Source of the DNA: Ignavibacteriales bacterium
GTDB lineage: Bacteria > Bacteroidota > Ignavibacteria > UBA10030 > UBA8401
NCBI GenBank assembly: GCA_026390635.1
Contig: JAPLFO010000148.1
Span: 124,080-188,079, forward strand
Reading direction: 5' to 3'
DNA: 64,000 nt
Numbering within the stretch: position 1 is the first letter of the stretch; each line of letters begins with the position of its first letter. The position numbers and the translations under genes are program-made. The notes under the pieces were generated by a model, which saw only the letters and a program-made list of their open reading frames with translations, did no database searches and was not told where the DNA came from. Shown piece by piece: positions 38,670-48,479 of the stretch.

Positions 38670-41600
38670 TTATGGTGTACGATACTTCGGGACCGCCGGG
38701 AATGTAAACGGATGGTTCTTAATTTTCTGCAGCGCCGTTTCAATCGCTTTCTCCAATTGCAGATCTTTGCCCGCCATGACAGATTGGGGATCGTTGTCGA
38801 CCAGGATATCCGGATCCGCGCCATGGTTTTCGACAAGCCATTTGCCATCGGCATTGTAGAACGCATTGTTGGATTGCTCAACCTTTCCGTTGTCCACCGT
38901 CGTTTGTCCGTTTAAGATTCCCACAAGACCGCCCCAGGAGGGGACACCGATGACTGTTCCAAGTTTGTGCGTTTTAAAGTCCTCAACGAACGCCTCTCCG
39001 TCGGAGCCGTTGTTCTCGTTGGAGATCACAACATAATTCCCCCACGAAGTACTTCCCGGATAGCGGAACGGTTCCATACCGCGCAGGACATTGAATGCCG
39101 TCATTTTGCGCTCCAGTTTGTCGATAAGGAAATACTCCGTCCATCCTCCGCCGTTGCGGCGTACATCGAGGATCAACCCGTCTTTGTACCGGAACGCACG
39201 CCAGAATTTGTTAAACTCTCCGATTCCGCCCGCACCCATTGCGTTGATGTGCATGTAGCCGACCTTGCCATCGCTTGCTTTCAGTACTTTGTTGACATTG
39301 TCGCCCAGCCAATGGAAGTACCGAAGACTTGCATCATACCGAATCGGCTGTACCTCGAAGGTCTTTGCACCGGCCGTCGCGGGTTTACTACCAACCGTGA
39401 CCGTGACTTTTTGGCCGTTGCTGATCTGCAGGTACTTGTTGTAATCTTCCGGAGCTTTGATTTCCTTCCCGTTGATGGCGATGAGGTAATATCCTTCTTT
39501 CACATCAACATCAGGACGCACGAGCGGAGATTTGAGATCGGCATTGATTTCGGTTGGACCATAAATGGTTGAAAACATGTAGTAGCCGCTCTTCTTGTCC
39601 GCCGTCAGATCGGCGCCAAGCCAGCCGGTGTAAAGCGGGGAATTTTGCGGCAGACTCGGTCCCATGTCGCCGCCGCTGACGTACGTGTGCGAAACGCAGA
39701 GTTCACCCACCAATTGCTGCAGCACCCAATTCAGTTCTTCACGGGAACTGATCATGGGGATATACGCCCGATAACGATCCCCCAACGCTTTCCAATCGCG
39801 ACCATGCATGTTTTTGTCATAGAAGAAATCGTTGTACCATCGCCACGCATCGTTGAATATCTGCGTCCACTCTTTTCTGTAGTCAAGGTAGTATGTCAAT
39901 GACGCGAGAGAGAGTTTTGATCCGATTCCTTTCGATTGATATGCCTTCTCCAGCGAGGTGGTAAAGACATCTCCATCCTTTTGCAGAATCAGGTTTTCAC
40001 AGTTTGCAGAAAAATCATACGCGCGGATTTTGTCGTTGAGAACATTTTCCTTTTTGTCTCCCATATCGAAAACATGAAGCTGCCACTTTGATGACACACC
40101 CGGTTTGAAGACTTCTTCATATTCTGCTTCCGTGAATTGATCGACAGAGCACCATGTCACCTTTCCCTTTCCTGCTTTCAGATAGAAATAATTGCCCGAT
40201 TCTACCGGAAGCGAGTACGTCCGCTGCAGAAGTCCGTCTGCATCCACCTGCACGGTGTTTCCGCTTTTCTTCTCGGCGGAGGAGCCTTCTGTAAACGGCG
40301 GCTTTTCGCCTGCCTTCAATTGTACCGCCATCACCTTGTACGGTGCGCGAACAATGTGATTGTCCTCATAGAAATCCATCTGCAAACCAAAATCTCTGCT
40401 GGAAAGATAGTAGAGATAGTCTCCGTTGGCATCGAACGCGGGATTCAAATTGTCATAGAAGTCGTTTGTGACCGCAATCTTTTTTTCCTGCTCCAGATTG
40501 TAGCTGAAAATCTGGCTGTTACGATTGTATTGAACGAACGAATAGCAGATCCATTTGCTGTCCGGTGACCAGTTGTAGTCGCTGATTTCCCAGTAGAATT
40601 CGTCGTTTTTCATCTGATGTGATTCGTCGATTGTAACGAGCTTTTTTGTCGCAACATCAAGAACAAACAATGCAAAGTCCTTGTTGCCAAAAAGAATTTT
40701 CTTTCCGTCCGGAGACCAGAGCATATGATACACGGTGCGTTCAAGTGCGGTGGTTAATTGCGTCCACTCACCTCCATCAACGCTCTGGATGTACAACTGG
40801 TACGTACCGAACTTGTCCGAGAAAAATGCCACAGTCTTGCCGTCGGGCGACATCTGTGGATACATCTCGCGCGATTCGGGTGTCAACGAGAGATTCTTCG
40901 CATCGCCCTTTTCCGTCGGCACAATAAAAACATCACCGCGGGCTTCCACAACCGCCTTTTTGCCGTCATTGGAGATTCCGAAACTATGCACATAATCTTT
41001 TACCGTCACATATTTTGACCGGAGCGACCAGCGATCCGACGGACATACGACACTAATTTTTGCGGGAGCGGCCGAGACGGAAGCAGTATTCCACACGTTC
41101 AGATATCCATCGTGCAAAAAGACTATTTGCTGCCCGTCTGTCGAAGGCATCATGACATCGACGTCGGAATAATTGGTAATGAGAGAGACGGCGTTGCCAG
41201 AGAGATCCCGCCCATAGAGGTTGGAAACTCCATTGGTGCTGTCGGACACGAAGAAAAGAGTATTGCCTATCCACATCGGGTAACTATTCTTTCCAACATA
41301 GGTTGATATCGACCGGAATTGTCTAGAGACAAAATCGTAGGACCATATATCCTGATACTGACCGCCTTTGTAGCGTTTCCAGTAGTATTCCGATGTGCCT
41401 TTGCGGGTGTAATACATTTTTGATTCATCCAAATTGAAACTGCACAAACTGCCGCGATCAATGGGAAACCTCTCCGGCAGGCTGCCGTCCGGGGAGACGA
41501 AATAGAGATTTGGGTCGCGCCCGACGACGTTGTCAAAATAGGAGCGGAAGATAATGCGCCCTGTTTTAGGCGTCCAGCCGACGACCTGGCCGCCGCCGGG

Positions 41601-41918
41601 CTGATACGTGACGCGACGCGGTTCGCCTCCTTCCGCTGGAATTACATAGACATTCTGCGACCCATCATAGGATCCGGTGAACGCTATCCATTTTCCATCC
41701 GGCGAGAATTTCGGATAGCCTTCAACGCCGGGAGAATTTGTCAATCGGGTCGCAGTTCCGCCGGCGGAACTGACAACCCAGAGATCGTTTTCGTAGGAAA
41801 AAGCGATCTTGTCTTTATAGATATCAGGATTTCGCATAAAGCGTGCTTCATCCGCGGAATAGCACACAGAGCTGACTAAGACAAAACAGCTCAGCAGCAG
41901 CATGGATTTTGTTTTCAT
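38670..41918 (-). CDS. Tricorn-like S41 protease
   Basis: Signal peptide, two propellers, GELCVSH, PDZ, DVRRNGGG, catalytic GSDGE, ENHGADPD. Confidence 0.94.
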   Translation of the reverse strand: MKTKSMLLLSCFVLVSSVCYSADEARFMRNPDIYKDKIAFSYENDLWVVSSAGGTATRLTNSPGVEGYPKFSPDGKWIAFTGSYDGSQNVYVIPAEGGEPRRVTYQPGGGQVVGWTPKTGRIIFRSYFDNVVGRDPNLYFVSPDGSLPERFPIDRGSLCSFNLDESKMYYTRKGTSEYYWKRYKGGQYQDIWSYDFVSRQFRSISTYVGKNSYPMWIGNTLFFVSDSTNGVSNLYGRDLSGNAVSLITNYSDVDVMMPSTDGQQIVFLHDGYLNVWNTASVSAAPAKISVVCPSDRWSLRSKYVTVKDYVHSFGISNDGKKAVVEARGDVFIVPTEKGDAKNLSLTPESREMYPQMSPDGKTVAFFSDKFGTYQLYIQSVDGGEWTQLTTALERTVYHMLWSPDGKKILFGNKDFALFVLDVATKKLVTIDESHQMKNDEFYWEISDYNWSPDSKWICYSFVQYNRNSQIFSYNLEQEKKIAVTNDFYDNLNPAFDANGDYLYYLSSRDFGLQMDFYEDNHIVRAPYKVMAVQLKAGEKPPFTEGSSAEKKSGNTVQVDADGLLQRTYSLPVESGNYFYLKAGKGKVTWCSVDQFTEAEYEEVFKPGVSSKWQLHVFDMGDKKENVLNDKIRAYDFSANCENLILQKDGDVFTTSLEKAYQSKGIGSKLSLASLTYYLDYRKEWTQIFNDAWRWYNDFFYDKNMHGRDWKALGDRYRAYIPMISSREELNWVLQQLVGELCVSHTYVSGGDMGPSLPQNSPLYTGWLGADLTADKKSGYYMFSTIYGPTEINADLKSPLVRPDVDVKEGYYLIAINGKEIKAPEDYNKYLQISNGQKVTVTVGSKPATAGAKTFEVQPIRYDASLRYFHWLGDNVNKVLKASDGKVGYMHINAMGAGGIGEFNKFWRAFRYKDGLILDVRRNGGGWTEYFLIDKLERKMTAFNVLRGMEPFRYPGSTSWGNYVVISNENNGSDGEAFVEDFKTHKLGTVIGVPSWGGLVGILNGQTTVDNGKVEQSNNAFYNADGKWLVENHGADPDILVDNDPQSVMAGKDLQLEKAIETALQKIKNHPFTFPAVPKYRTP

Positions 41919-41957
41919 GTGTAATCCTTATGATTTTGTTGCATAATTATTTCCTCA

Positions 41958-42021
41958 GTCACCGAGCCCCGCCGGTCACCGAGCGAAGCCGAGGTGACCG
42001 AGCGAAGCCGAGGTGACCGAG
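41958..42021. repeat. Left repeat cluster of the GIY-YIG element
   Basis: cggtcaccgagcgaagccgaggtg (41973-41996) followed by a tandem 19-mer copy and partial units. Confidence 0.85.
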
Positions 42022-42054
42022 AACATTATCGCCTTACTCTTTGTCGCCCCTACT

Positions 42055-42358
42055 TCATTCAACCGCCGCATTCTTGCCGCTATTGGAACATTTAGCCAAC
42101 TCATGAAGGCGATCATATTCTTGTGCGATGAGAGCTCTCTTCTTTTCATGTGACCAGTTTTGCACTTGTTTCTCTCTTAAACGCATCTTCGACGCGTTCA
42201 TATTCTTCTATATATGCCAATGTCACCGGCAGACGGTTCTTGGTATATACTGCACCATATCCCAATCGATGTTGCTCCAACCGTCTCTCTATATCGTTCG
42301 CACTTCCAGTGTAGTATGTGCCATCTGAACATTCTAGAATGTACATGAAGCCTTTCAT
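42055..42358 (-). pseudogene. Small GIY-YIG nuclease (UPF0213/YazA-like) with a frameshift near 42170
   Basis: MKGFMYILECSDGTYYTGS..ERRLEQH..GAVYTKNRLPV..AFKRE, continuing in another frame as QVQNWSHEKKRALI..; GGGGGAG RBS. Confidence 0.85.
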
Positions 42359-42388
42359 GCACTCCCCCGTGTATGTTTGAATATTTGA

Positions 42389-42498
42389 CACCTCGGCTTC
42401 GCTCGGTGACCGACACCTCAACGGTCATAGAGCACGGTCGAGATGACAATTGACAGCACCCCATTGTCGTTCATCGCCTCGGCTTCGTTCGGCGAGCG
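42389..42498. repeat. Right repeat cluster of the GIY-YIG element
   Basis: 42389-42412 is the exact reverse complement of 41973-41996; degenerate copies at 42422-42447 and 42475-42498. Confidence 0.85.
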
Positions 42499-42504
42499 AA
42501 CTCT

Positions 42505-43653
42505 CTATCTCACCAACAGCATGCTTCTGGTTTCGACGGTAGCACCGACCTGTCCGTTCCGACCTTCGGTCGGAACGAGATCTCGTCGTGCCAACGGCAC
42601 GGCGGACAAGCGGTAAAAATAGACTCCGGAGGTTAATGAACCGGCATCAAACATCTGCTCATAGCTGCCAGCCGACAATTCCCGGTTCACCAGCGTTCGC
42701 ACTTCCCGGCCCAGAGCGTCATACACTATCAGGGTCACAAGAGCCTGCCGATCCAACGAATAACGAATCATCGTCGATGGATTGAATGGATTCGGAAAAT
42801 TCTGCTGCAATGCGAAGACAGCCGGAGATGTCGAGAGTTGATCGATTTTCATCGGCATGCCGGCCCGAACCGAAGCGGTGTAGATTAGAGATGCTAGTTT
42901 CTCCGTTGCTTTCTGTATCAGGTGACCGGTCATTGTCTGTGTATTTGACCATAGAGCGGCATAGTATGCCGTGCTCGACGTAGAGCCACCTGCGGCGGCC
43001 TTAGCCGCACTGTCCGCGTGAATGACAGAATCAACGTAAGGATAGGATGCAGCGCAAAAACTGAAAGCGTCATCCAGCGGACTATTGACGAATGAAACAC
43101 CTGCCGGCGTGATGATGATTTCAGTCAGATGCGGATTGATCATGGACGTTTCATATCGACTGTGAAGACCACCGGGATTATAATTGTTGGTGACGTGAAG
43201 CGGCATTGTGGCGTCAGCGACATAGTGGGACAAATCGGACAGATACAAAATCAGCTTTGAAGAGTCCTGAGATTTGAATGCGACAACCAGCGAATCAAAC
43301 GTCCATGCAATCGCCCATGGCAGGATGCCGTTGTCCATTACATATGCAGATCCATATTTTGCTGAGAGCGAATCCAGATTGTGCGTCAGCGTTCCGGTGA
43401 AGAATTCCGGATAGATGTCCTGATCAATGTAGTGCCTGTATTGTTCCAACGGATGCGCTGCATCTTTTCTACTATCCGGATCGCTCGAATGCGCAGAGAT
43501 GGCATCAACATTCCGCACCACGAATCCCATCGACGCCGGAATATGTTTCCCGAATTCCTTTCCAATGAACTTGTGCGTATTTCCTCCCCAACCCAATGCC
43601 GTTGCCGACGAAAGAAAAAACGCCAGAACGACGGCGATTGTGTTGTTTTTCAT
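42505..43653 (-). CDS. Secreted S1/P1-nuclease / Zn-phospholipase C-fold enzyme with T9SS type A sorting domain
   Basis: Signal then WG..TH; PD, HYID, HYVADATMPLH, HSRYE Zn ligands; CTD LQQNFPNPFNPST..SGVYFYRL..MLLVR. Confidence 0.85.
   Translation of the reverse strand: MKNNTIAVVLAFFLSSATALGWGGNTHKFIGKEFGKHIPASMGFVVRNVDAISAHSSDPDSRKDAAHPLEQYRHYIDQDIYPEFFTGTLTHNLDSLSAKYGSAYVMDNGILPWAIAWTFDSLVVAFKSQDSSKLILYLSDLSHYVADATMPLHVTNNYNPGGLHSRYETSMINPHLTEIIITPAGVSFVNSPLDDAFSFCAASYPYVDSVIHADSAAKAAAGGSTSSTAYYAALWSNTQTMTGHLIQKATEKLASLIYTASVRAGMPMKIDQLSTSPAVFALQQNFPNPFNPSTMIRYSLDRQALVTLIVYDALGREVRTLVNRELSAGSYEQMFDAGSLTSGVYFYRLSAVPLARRDLVPTEGRNGQVGATVETRSMLLVR
42549..42610. repeat. Branched palindrome inserted in frame in the T9SS CTD
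   Basis: cctgtccg..cggacaag outer stem, with gttccgacc-ttc-ggtcggaac, acgagatctcgt and gtcgtgcc-aac-ggcacggc inside. Confidence 0.75.
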
Positions 43654-43709
43654 AGCCTCTCCTCTTTTTTGAATGCATAATGCCCCGATTTCGCTCTCCC
43701 TGCTTGTTG

Positions 43710-44822
43710 CTATTCAACTCTGAATTTCTTTGAACGAAGAACAACCCGCGCACGTGCAGCCATTTCTGCCGTATCGAAAGAAAGCCGAAACGTTCCTCCA
43801 CGTCCTTCCCGAATCTTGAGAAGCTCAATATCTTTGATATTCAATTGCTCCCGAAATAAAATCTGTGTCATCGTCGCCAGCACGCCCGGCGTATCATTCA
43901 CCCAGACAAACACATCGTGCAGCGGATGAAGAAATCCCTTGGAACTCCTGGGAATCGCATCGCGAAAATGCTTGGCTGTCTCGAATCGCCTGCCGGTTGG
44001 CCGCAATTTGCTTGCTGCAAGATCTTTATCATACGATCCCAGCACTGATTTGAATTCGCGCAGTGCTCTCCTGATTTCCGGCGCATTTCCGGAAAGGATA
44101 TCTTTCCACATTGGAAACGGGCTGGACGCAATGCGCGTGATATCGCGGAATCCACCTGCCGCCAACTGCAGCATGGAAGAGTCTTTGTTGTTCTCCCGGA
44201 TCGCCATCGTCATCATTGCAACAGCAAGAAGCTGCGGCAGATGACTCACCACGGCGGCAGCACGATCGTGTTGTCCGGCATCCATCAACAGCAGGCGCGC
44301 TCCCAACGCTTTAATGACGTCCACCAGCGGCCGGTACGATGCGCGCTTATGACGGTCCGGACACAAAACATACACCGCATTTTGGAACAGCAGCGGATCC
44401 GCGTGAGCGATTCCGCTTCCTTCAGAACCTGCCATCGGATGGCCGCCGACAAATATTCCCTTTTTCCGGAATGTTTTCCTGGCGACAGATTGAACGGCGC
44501 CCTTGACGCTGCCGACATCAGTCACAATTGTCTGCGGCTGCACGTAACGGGCAATCCGGGGAAGAAGGGAAAGGATGGAGGAAATCGGCGTGCAAAGAAA
44601 AACGATATCGGCATTGCGCACCGCAGCTGCCAGCGCAGGCGCAGCCACGTGAATCGCACCGCGCTTGCGTGCCTGTTTGAGTACGCCCGGCTCATCATAG
44701 CCGGTCACAATCGCATGTGGAATATTTTGTGCGATCGCCATACCGAGCGAACCGCCAATAACGCCAAGCCCGATGATGGAAATATTCAACTGATCCGATG
44801 ATGGCCCAATGGACGTCGCCAT
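43710..44822 (-). CDS. tyrA: Prephenate/arogenate dehydrogenase with ACT domain
   Basis: GLGVIGGS, TDVGSVK, GGHPMAGSE, SHLPQL, GFRDITRIASS, ACT DTPGVLA. Confidence 0.93.
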   Translation of the reverse strand: MATSIGPSSDQLNISIIGLGVIGGSLGMAIAQNIPHAIVTGYDEPGVLKQARKRGAIHVAAPALAAAVRNADIVFLCTPISSILSLLPRIARYVQPQTIVTDVGSVKGAVQSVARKTFRKKGIFVGGHPMAGSEGSGIAHADPLLFQNAVYVLCPDRHKRASYRPLVDVIKALGARLLLMDAGQHDRAAAVVSHLPQLLAVAMMTMAIRENNKDSSMLQLAAGGFRDITRIASSPFPMWKDILSGNAPEIRRALREFKSVLGSYDKDLAASKLRPTGRRFETAKHFRDAIPRSSKGFLHPLHDVFVWVNDTPGVLATMTQILFREQLNIKDIELLKIREGRGGTFRLSFDTAEMAARARVVLRSKKFRVE

Positions 44823-44826
44823 GAAT

Positions 44827-45846
44827 TTATGCTACGCTCCGTCCGATTGCTTCCGCAATAATACGAACCTGCTGCATCAATTCTTTGAACTGCTCCGGAT
44901 AGAGCGACTGTGCCCCATCCGATTTTGCATGATCGGGATCATGATGCACTTCGACGATGATGCCGTCGGCACCGGCCGCAACGGCCGCGCGCGCCATCGG
45001 GATCACTTTGTTTCTGATGCCAATACCATGCGATGGATCTGCAATGATGGGAAGATGGCTTTTCGAATGAATGACCGGAATCGCACCGATATCCATTGTG
45101 TTGCGCGTTGCCGTCTCAAACGTCCGGATCCCCCGTTCGCACAACATAACATTGTGATTTCCCCCGGAGAGAATATATTCGGCGGACATCAGCCACTCTT
45201 CGAACGTAGAAGCCGGCCCGCGTTTGAGCATCACCGGTTTGGATGACTTTCCCAGTTCTTTCAGGAAAGTAAAATTCTGCATGTTCCGCGCACCAACCTG
45301 CAGGATGTCGGAATATTTTTCCACGGTAGCGATTTGCGACATATCCATCACTTCCGTAATCACCTGAAGGCCGAATTCATCTGCCGCCTTGCGCATCATT
45401 TTGAGACCCGGTTCTCCCATTCCCTGAAATGCATAGGGCGATGTCCTCGGTTTGAAAGCGCCGCCGCGCAAAAACTTTGCACCGTTTTCCGCCACGCTCT
45501 TCGCAATAGTCATAATCTGCGATTCACTCTCCACCGAACACGGGCCCGCCATCACCACCACAACGGCAGAACCGCCGATTTTCACCCCCCCGACATCGAG
45601 TATGGAATCCTCCCGCCTGAAGGAACGGCTGGCAAGTTTGAATGGTTCGCTGATCCGATAGACCTGTGCAACGCCGGGCAGAAGTTCAATCTGGCGCGTG
45701 TCAAAATCCGGTTGGACGCCGATGGCACCAAGGACGGTTTGATTGACACCTGTCGACCGGTGAACATCAAATCCACAATCGTGCAGCGCCTTGATGATTT
45801 GTTCTATACTACTTTCAGACGCCTTCTCCTGCACTACAACTACCAT
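44827..45846 (-). CDS. aroF: DAHP synthase (type I-beta, N-terminal regulatory domain)
   Basis: [49 protein letters not shown]. Confidence 0.95.
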   Translation of the reverse strand: MVVVVQEKASESSIEQIIKALHDCGFDVHRSTGVNQTVLGAIGVQPDFDTRQIELLPGVAQVYRISEPFKLASRSFRREDSILDVGGVKIGGSAVVVVMAGPCSVESESQIMTIAKSVAENGAKFLRGGAFKPRTSPYAFQGMGEPGLKMMRKAADEFGLQVITEVMDMSQIATVEKYSDILQVGARNMQNFTFLKELGKSSKPVMLKRGPASTFEEWLMSAEYILSGGNHNVMLCERGIRTFETATRNTMDIGAIPVIHSKSHLPIIADPSHGIGIRNKVIPMARAAVAAGADGIIVEVHHDPDHAKSDGAQSLYPEQFKELMQQVRIIAEAIGRSVA

Positions 45847-45922
45847 AACCGCTCCTTTGAAATAAAAATGCACATCACATTAAGCCCACATTAACAATTC
45901 CCGCATCCCTATTGCACAAACG

Positions 45923-46681
45923 CTATTCGTATCGATCCAGCTTGAACGCTTCGCCGAGGTAGAGCCTTCTCGCCTCCGGATCGTTGGCAAGATATTCCGC
46001 CGTTCCGGTTTTCAGAATTCTTCCTTCGAAGAGCAGGTACGATCTATCCGTGATCGAAAGAGTTTCGTGCACGTTGTGATCTGTGATCAACACACCGATT
46101 CCCCGGTCACGCAATCCAGTGACAATTTTCATGATTTCTTCAACAGCGATCGGATCGATGCCGGCAAACGGTTCATCCAGCAGAATAAATTTCGGTTCCA
46201 TGGCAAGAGAGCGCGCAATCTCCGTTCTGCGTCGTTCACCTCCTGAGAGCACGTAGCCCATGCTCTTTGCAAGATGACCAAGCCCGAATTCCTCCATCAG
46301 TCTGTCGCAGCGCTGGTTCTGGTCTTTCGTCGAAAGTTTTGTCATCTGCAGTACTGACAGGATATTCTCGCGCACGCTCAATGTGCGAAAGACAGATGCT
46401 TCCTGGGGCAGATATCCAATGCCGGCGCGGGCACGTTTGTACATCGCCGCACGGGTGATGACCGCATCATTCAGAAGCACCGTCCCGGCAGTCGGACGAA
46501 TCATACCCACGATCATATAGAACGTTGTTGTTTTTCCTGCACCGTTCGGACCGAGCAGCCCGACAATTTCTCCCTGACGCACACTGATAGAGACGTCGTT
46601 GACGACGGTTCGCTTATTATACCGCTTGACAAGATGCTCGGCACGAAGTGTCGCCGGAGCAGTTACGTTTTCAGTTTCCAT
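45923..46681 (-). CDS. lptB: LPS export ABC ATPase
   Basis: [42 protein letters not shown]. Confidence 0.96.
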   Translation of the reverse strand: METENVTAPATLRAEHLVKRYNKRTVVNDVSISVRQGEIVGLLGPNGAGKTTTFYMIVGMIRPTAGTVLLNDAVITRAAMYKRARAGIGYLPQEASVFRTLSVRENILSVLQMTKLSTKDQNQRCDRLMEEFGLGHLAKSMGYVLSGGERRRTEIARSLAMEPKFILLDEPFAGIDPIAVEEIMKIVTGLRDRGIGVLITDHNVHETLSITDRSYLLFEGRILKTGTAEYLANDPEARRLYLGEAFKLDRYE

Positions 46682-47952
46682 AGTCCATTCATTGCGCGCT
46701 GCGGCCTGTTCAAACGCAGGCGGAATCCGTCCAGATTATATTTGCCGTGCTCTTTCCCCACCATATTTTCGGGATAGTAAGAGCCTTCCACCCCTTTTCG
46801 CACACGGATGATATCCGGCTTGCCGCCGGCAAACGTCATCGAAATAAAATCGCCGCTTGTTTTGTTGGCGCCGTTCGGGTCTCTTCCATCATACAGAAAG
46901 TAGAGGCTGATAGAATTCTGTTCGACATCCACGCGGCGGAGCTTGCTGTCGGAAAACGCGAATGTCATGCGCTGTCCCGACAACTGGTTACACCGGAGCG
47001 GATACAAGCTATCGCTCGGCGAGACGGCAAACGCCCGTCCCCGTACATAGGCGCGGCTCAGTTTCCCATTCTCGAGTGCGAGTGAGATGGAATCGCCCGT
47101 CAGTTGATTGTCGTCGTACCAGACCACCGGTTCCTCATTCAGGTCCATGATACCGCGCGAACGATAGTATTTTGCCAGAGCACACCGGGCCGCGAGTTTC
47201 CCTTTCACGATTGCAACGCTGTCCGATGCGAACAGTCGGCCGGTGGAGTCATTGTATGACTCCATGGTACTACTGCGCACTTCCAACGTATCAATTTCTC
47301 CACTGGAGGCGGTGTCAATCTGTACGACGTACGGCTGCTCCGTCATCTTGCTGTACTGAAGCGAATCCGAATGAATCAGATGATTACCGTAGAGTACCAG
47401 GTTGTTCTCATGGTTTTCAACACGCACATTTTGAACGGCAATCGATTCGCGCCGCTTCTCATAGTACGTCAGCGCATCGCAAAATATCGTAGACGATGCA
47501 TCTTTCACTACCACGTGATTACGGAAAATCGCCCTGCTTTCTTCCGTAAAATAGTCGCCGAAGTCCGCCGTCAAAACAACATGGCTTGTGGTCAACTGCA
47601 CTGCTCCGTCGCAAACGGCTTTGCGGTCGTTACCAAACCACCGCCCATGGCGGGCTGTCAGCGTCACCGTATCCCGCACTACTTTTACATTGCCCATCAA
47701 TTCGACTTCGTCCCGTACCAGAAACCGGATGGCCCGATCACACCATACACGTACATTTCCCTGCCGGAGACGCACATGGCCGTTCAGTTCCTGCAAATCC
47801 TCCCCATTGACGCGTTTGCCCAGGAACTCATCGGCATAGTCGAGCAGAATCGGACTTTTCGACTGCGCTGGCACAGACGGGGGAAACAGTTGCACGGTGA
47901 ACACGACGGCAATCATATACCGGCAGAATATTTTCAACCGCTCTGCTATCAC
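46663..47952 (-). CDS. LptA/OstA-like beta-jellyroll LPS transport protein
   Basis: Signal peptide, repeated OstA-like strands; lies between lptC and lptB. Confidence 0.8.
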   Translation of the reverse strand: MIAERLKIFCRYMIAVVFTVQLFPPSVPAQSKSPILLDYADEFLGKRVNGEDLQELNGHVRLRQGNVRVWCDRAIRFLVRDEVELMGNVKVVRDTVTLTARHGRWFGNDRKAVCDGAVQLTTSHVVLTADFGDYFTEESRAIFRNHVVVKDASSTIFCDALTYYEKRRESIAVQNVRVENHENNLVLYGNHLIHSDSLQYSKMTEQPYVVQIDTASSGEIDTLEVRSSTMESYNDSTGRLFASDSVAIVKGKLAARCALAKYYRSRGIMDLNEEPVVWYDDNQLTGDSISLALENGKLSRAYVRGRAFAVSPSDSLYPLRCNQLSGQRMTFAFSDSKLRRVDVEQNSISLYFLYDGRDPNGANKTSGDFISMTFAGGKPDIIRVRKGVEGSYYPENMVGKEHGKYNLDGFRLRLNRPQRAMNGLWKLKT

Positions 47953-48479
47953 TTAGCTTGTGCGCTCCCGGTAACCTTGAAAATTCTATAATTCTTCAAA
48001 TTCTGATCCGATTCAAATCCCTGACCCTGCAGTTGTTCTGTCGGCGACGTGATTTTCACAAATGCGTCGGAGTAGATCTTTTGCCGCGCATTGTCCCAGA
48101 TCAATTTGTCCGTCACCACAATGACCCCGCTGTCCGATTTTACTACGACGTTCCCGACGGCCTCCAGATTGTTCGATGCCTCATCCACGCTTCCCCGTTG
48201 CGACGTCAACACCGAAGAGTGACGGCCAAGGGCATCAAAAAAATCCACATGCACGCCGTTATCGAGAAATGTCTGGCGCGAGTTATCGAACGCAAAAATG
48301 TGTCCCGCTTTCAGAATCGCCTTCGTCACACCCGAGTCGGAGAATTCCACCGTGCTTCCCCAGCTTTCCTGCGAAGGAATCGCCGCACTGGGCAATCCAC
48401 CCAGCACAGAGGGCTTGATTTTTTCTGCGCAGCCCGAGAAGGATGCAATCAGCAGCACCGCAAAAAACATTTGTTTCAC
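47949..48479 (-). CDS. lptC: LPS export protein LptC
   Basis: Lipoprotein signal (FSGC), GVHVDFFD, LIWDN, QGQGFESDQ; GTG start. Confidence 0.88.
   Translation of the reverse strand: MKQMFFAVLLIASFSGCAEKIKPSVLGGLPSAAIPSQESWGSTVEFSDSGVTKAILKAGHIFAFDNSRQTFLDNGVHVDFFDALGRHSSVLTSQRGSVDEASNNLEAVGNVVVKSDSGVIVVTDKLIWDNARQKIYSDAFVKITSPTEQLQGQGFESDQNLKNYRIFKVTGSAQAK

Noticed and set aside
41958-42021. Tandem repeats as a possible mini CRISPR array
   Set aside because: The units are directly adjacent with no unique spacers, and no cas genes are present.
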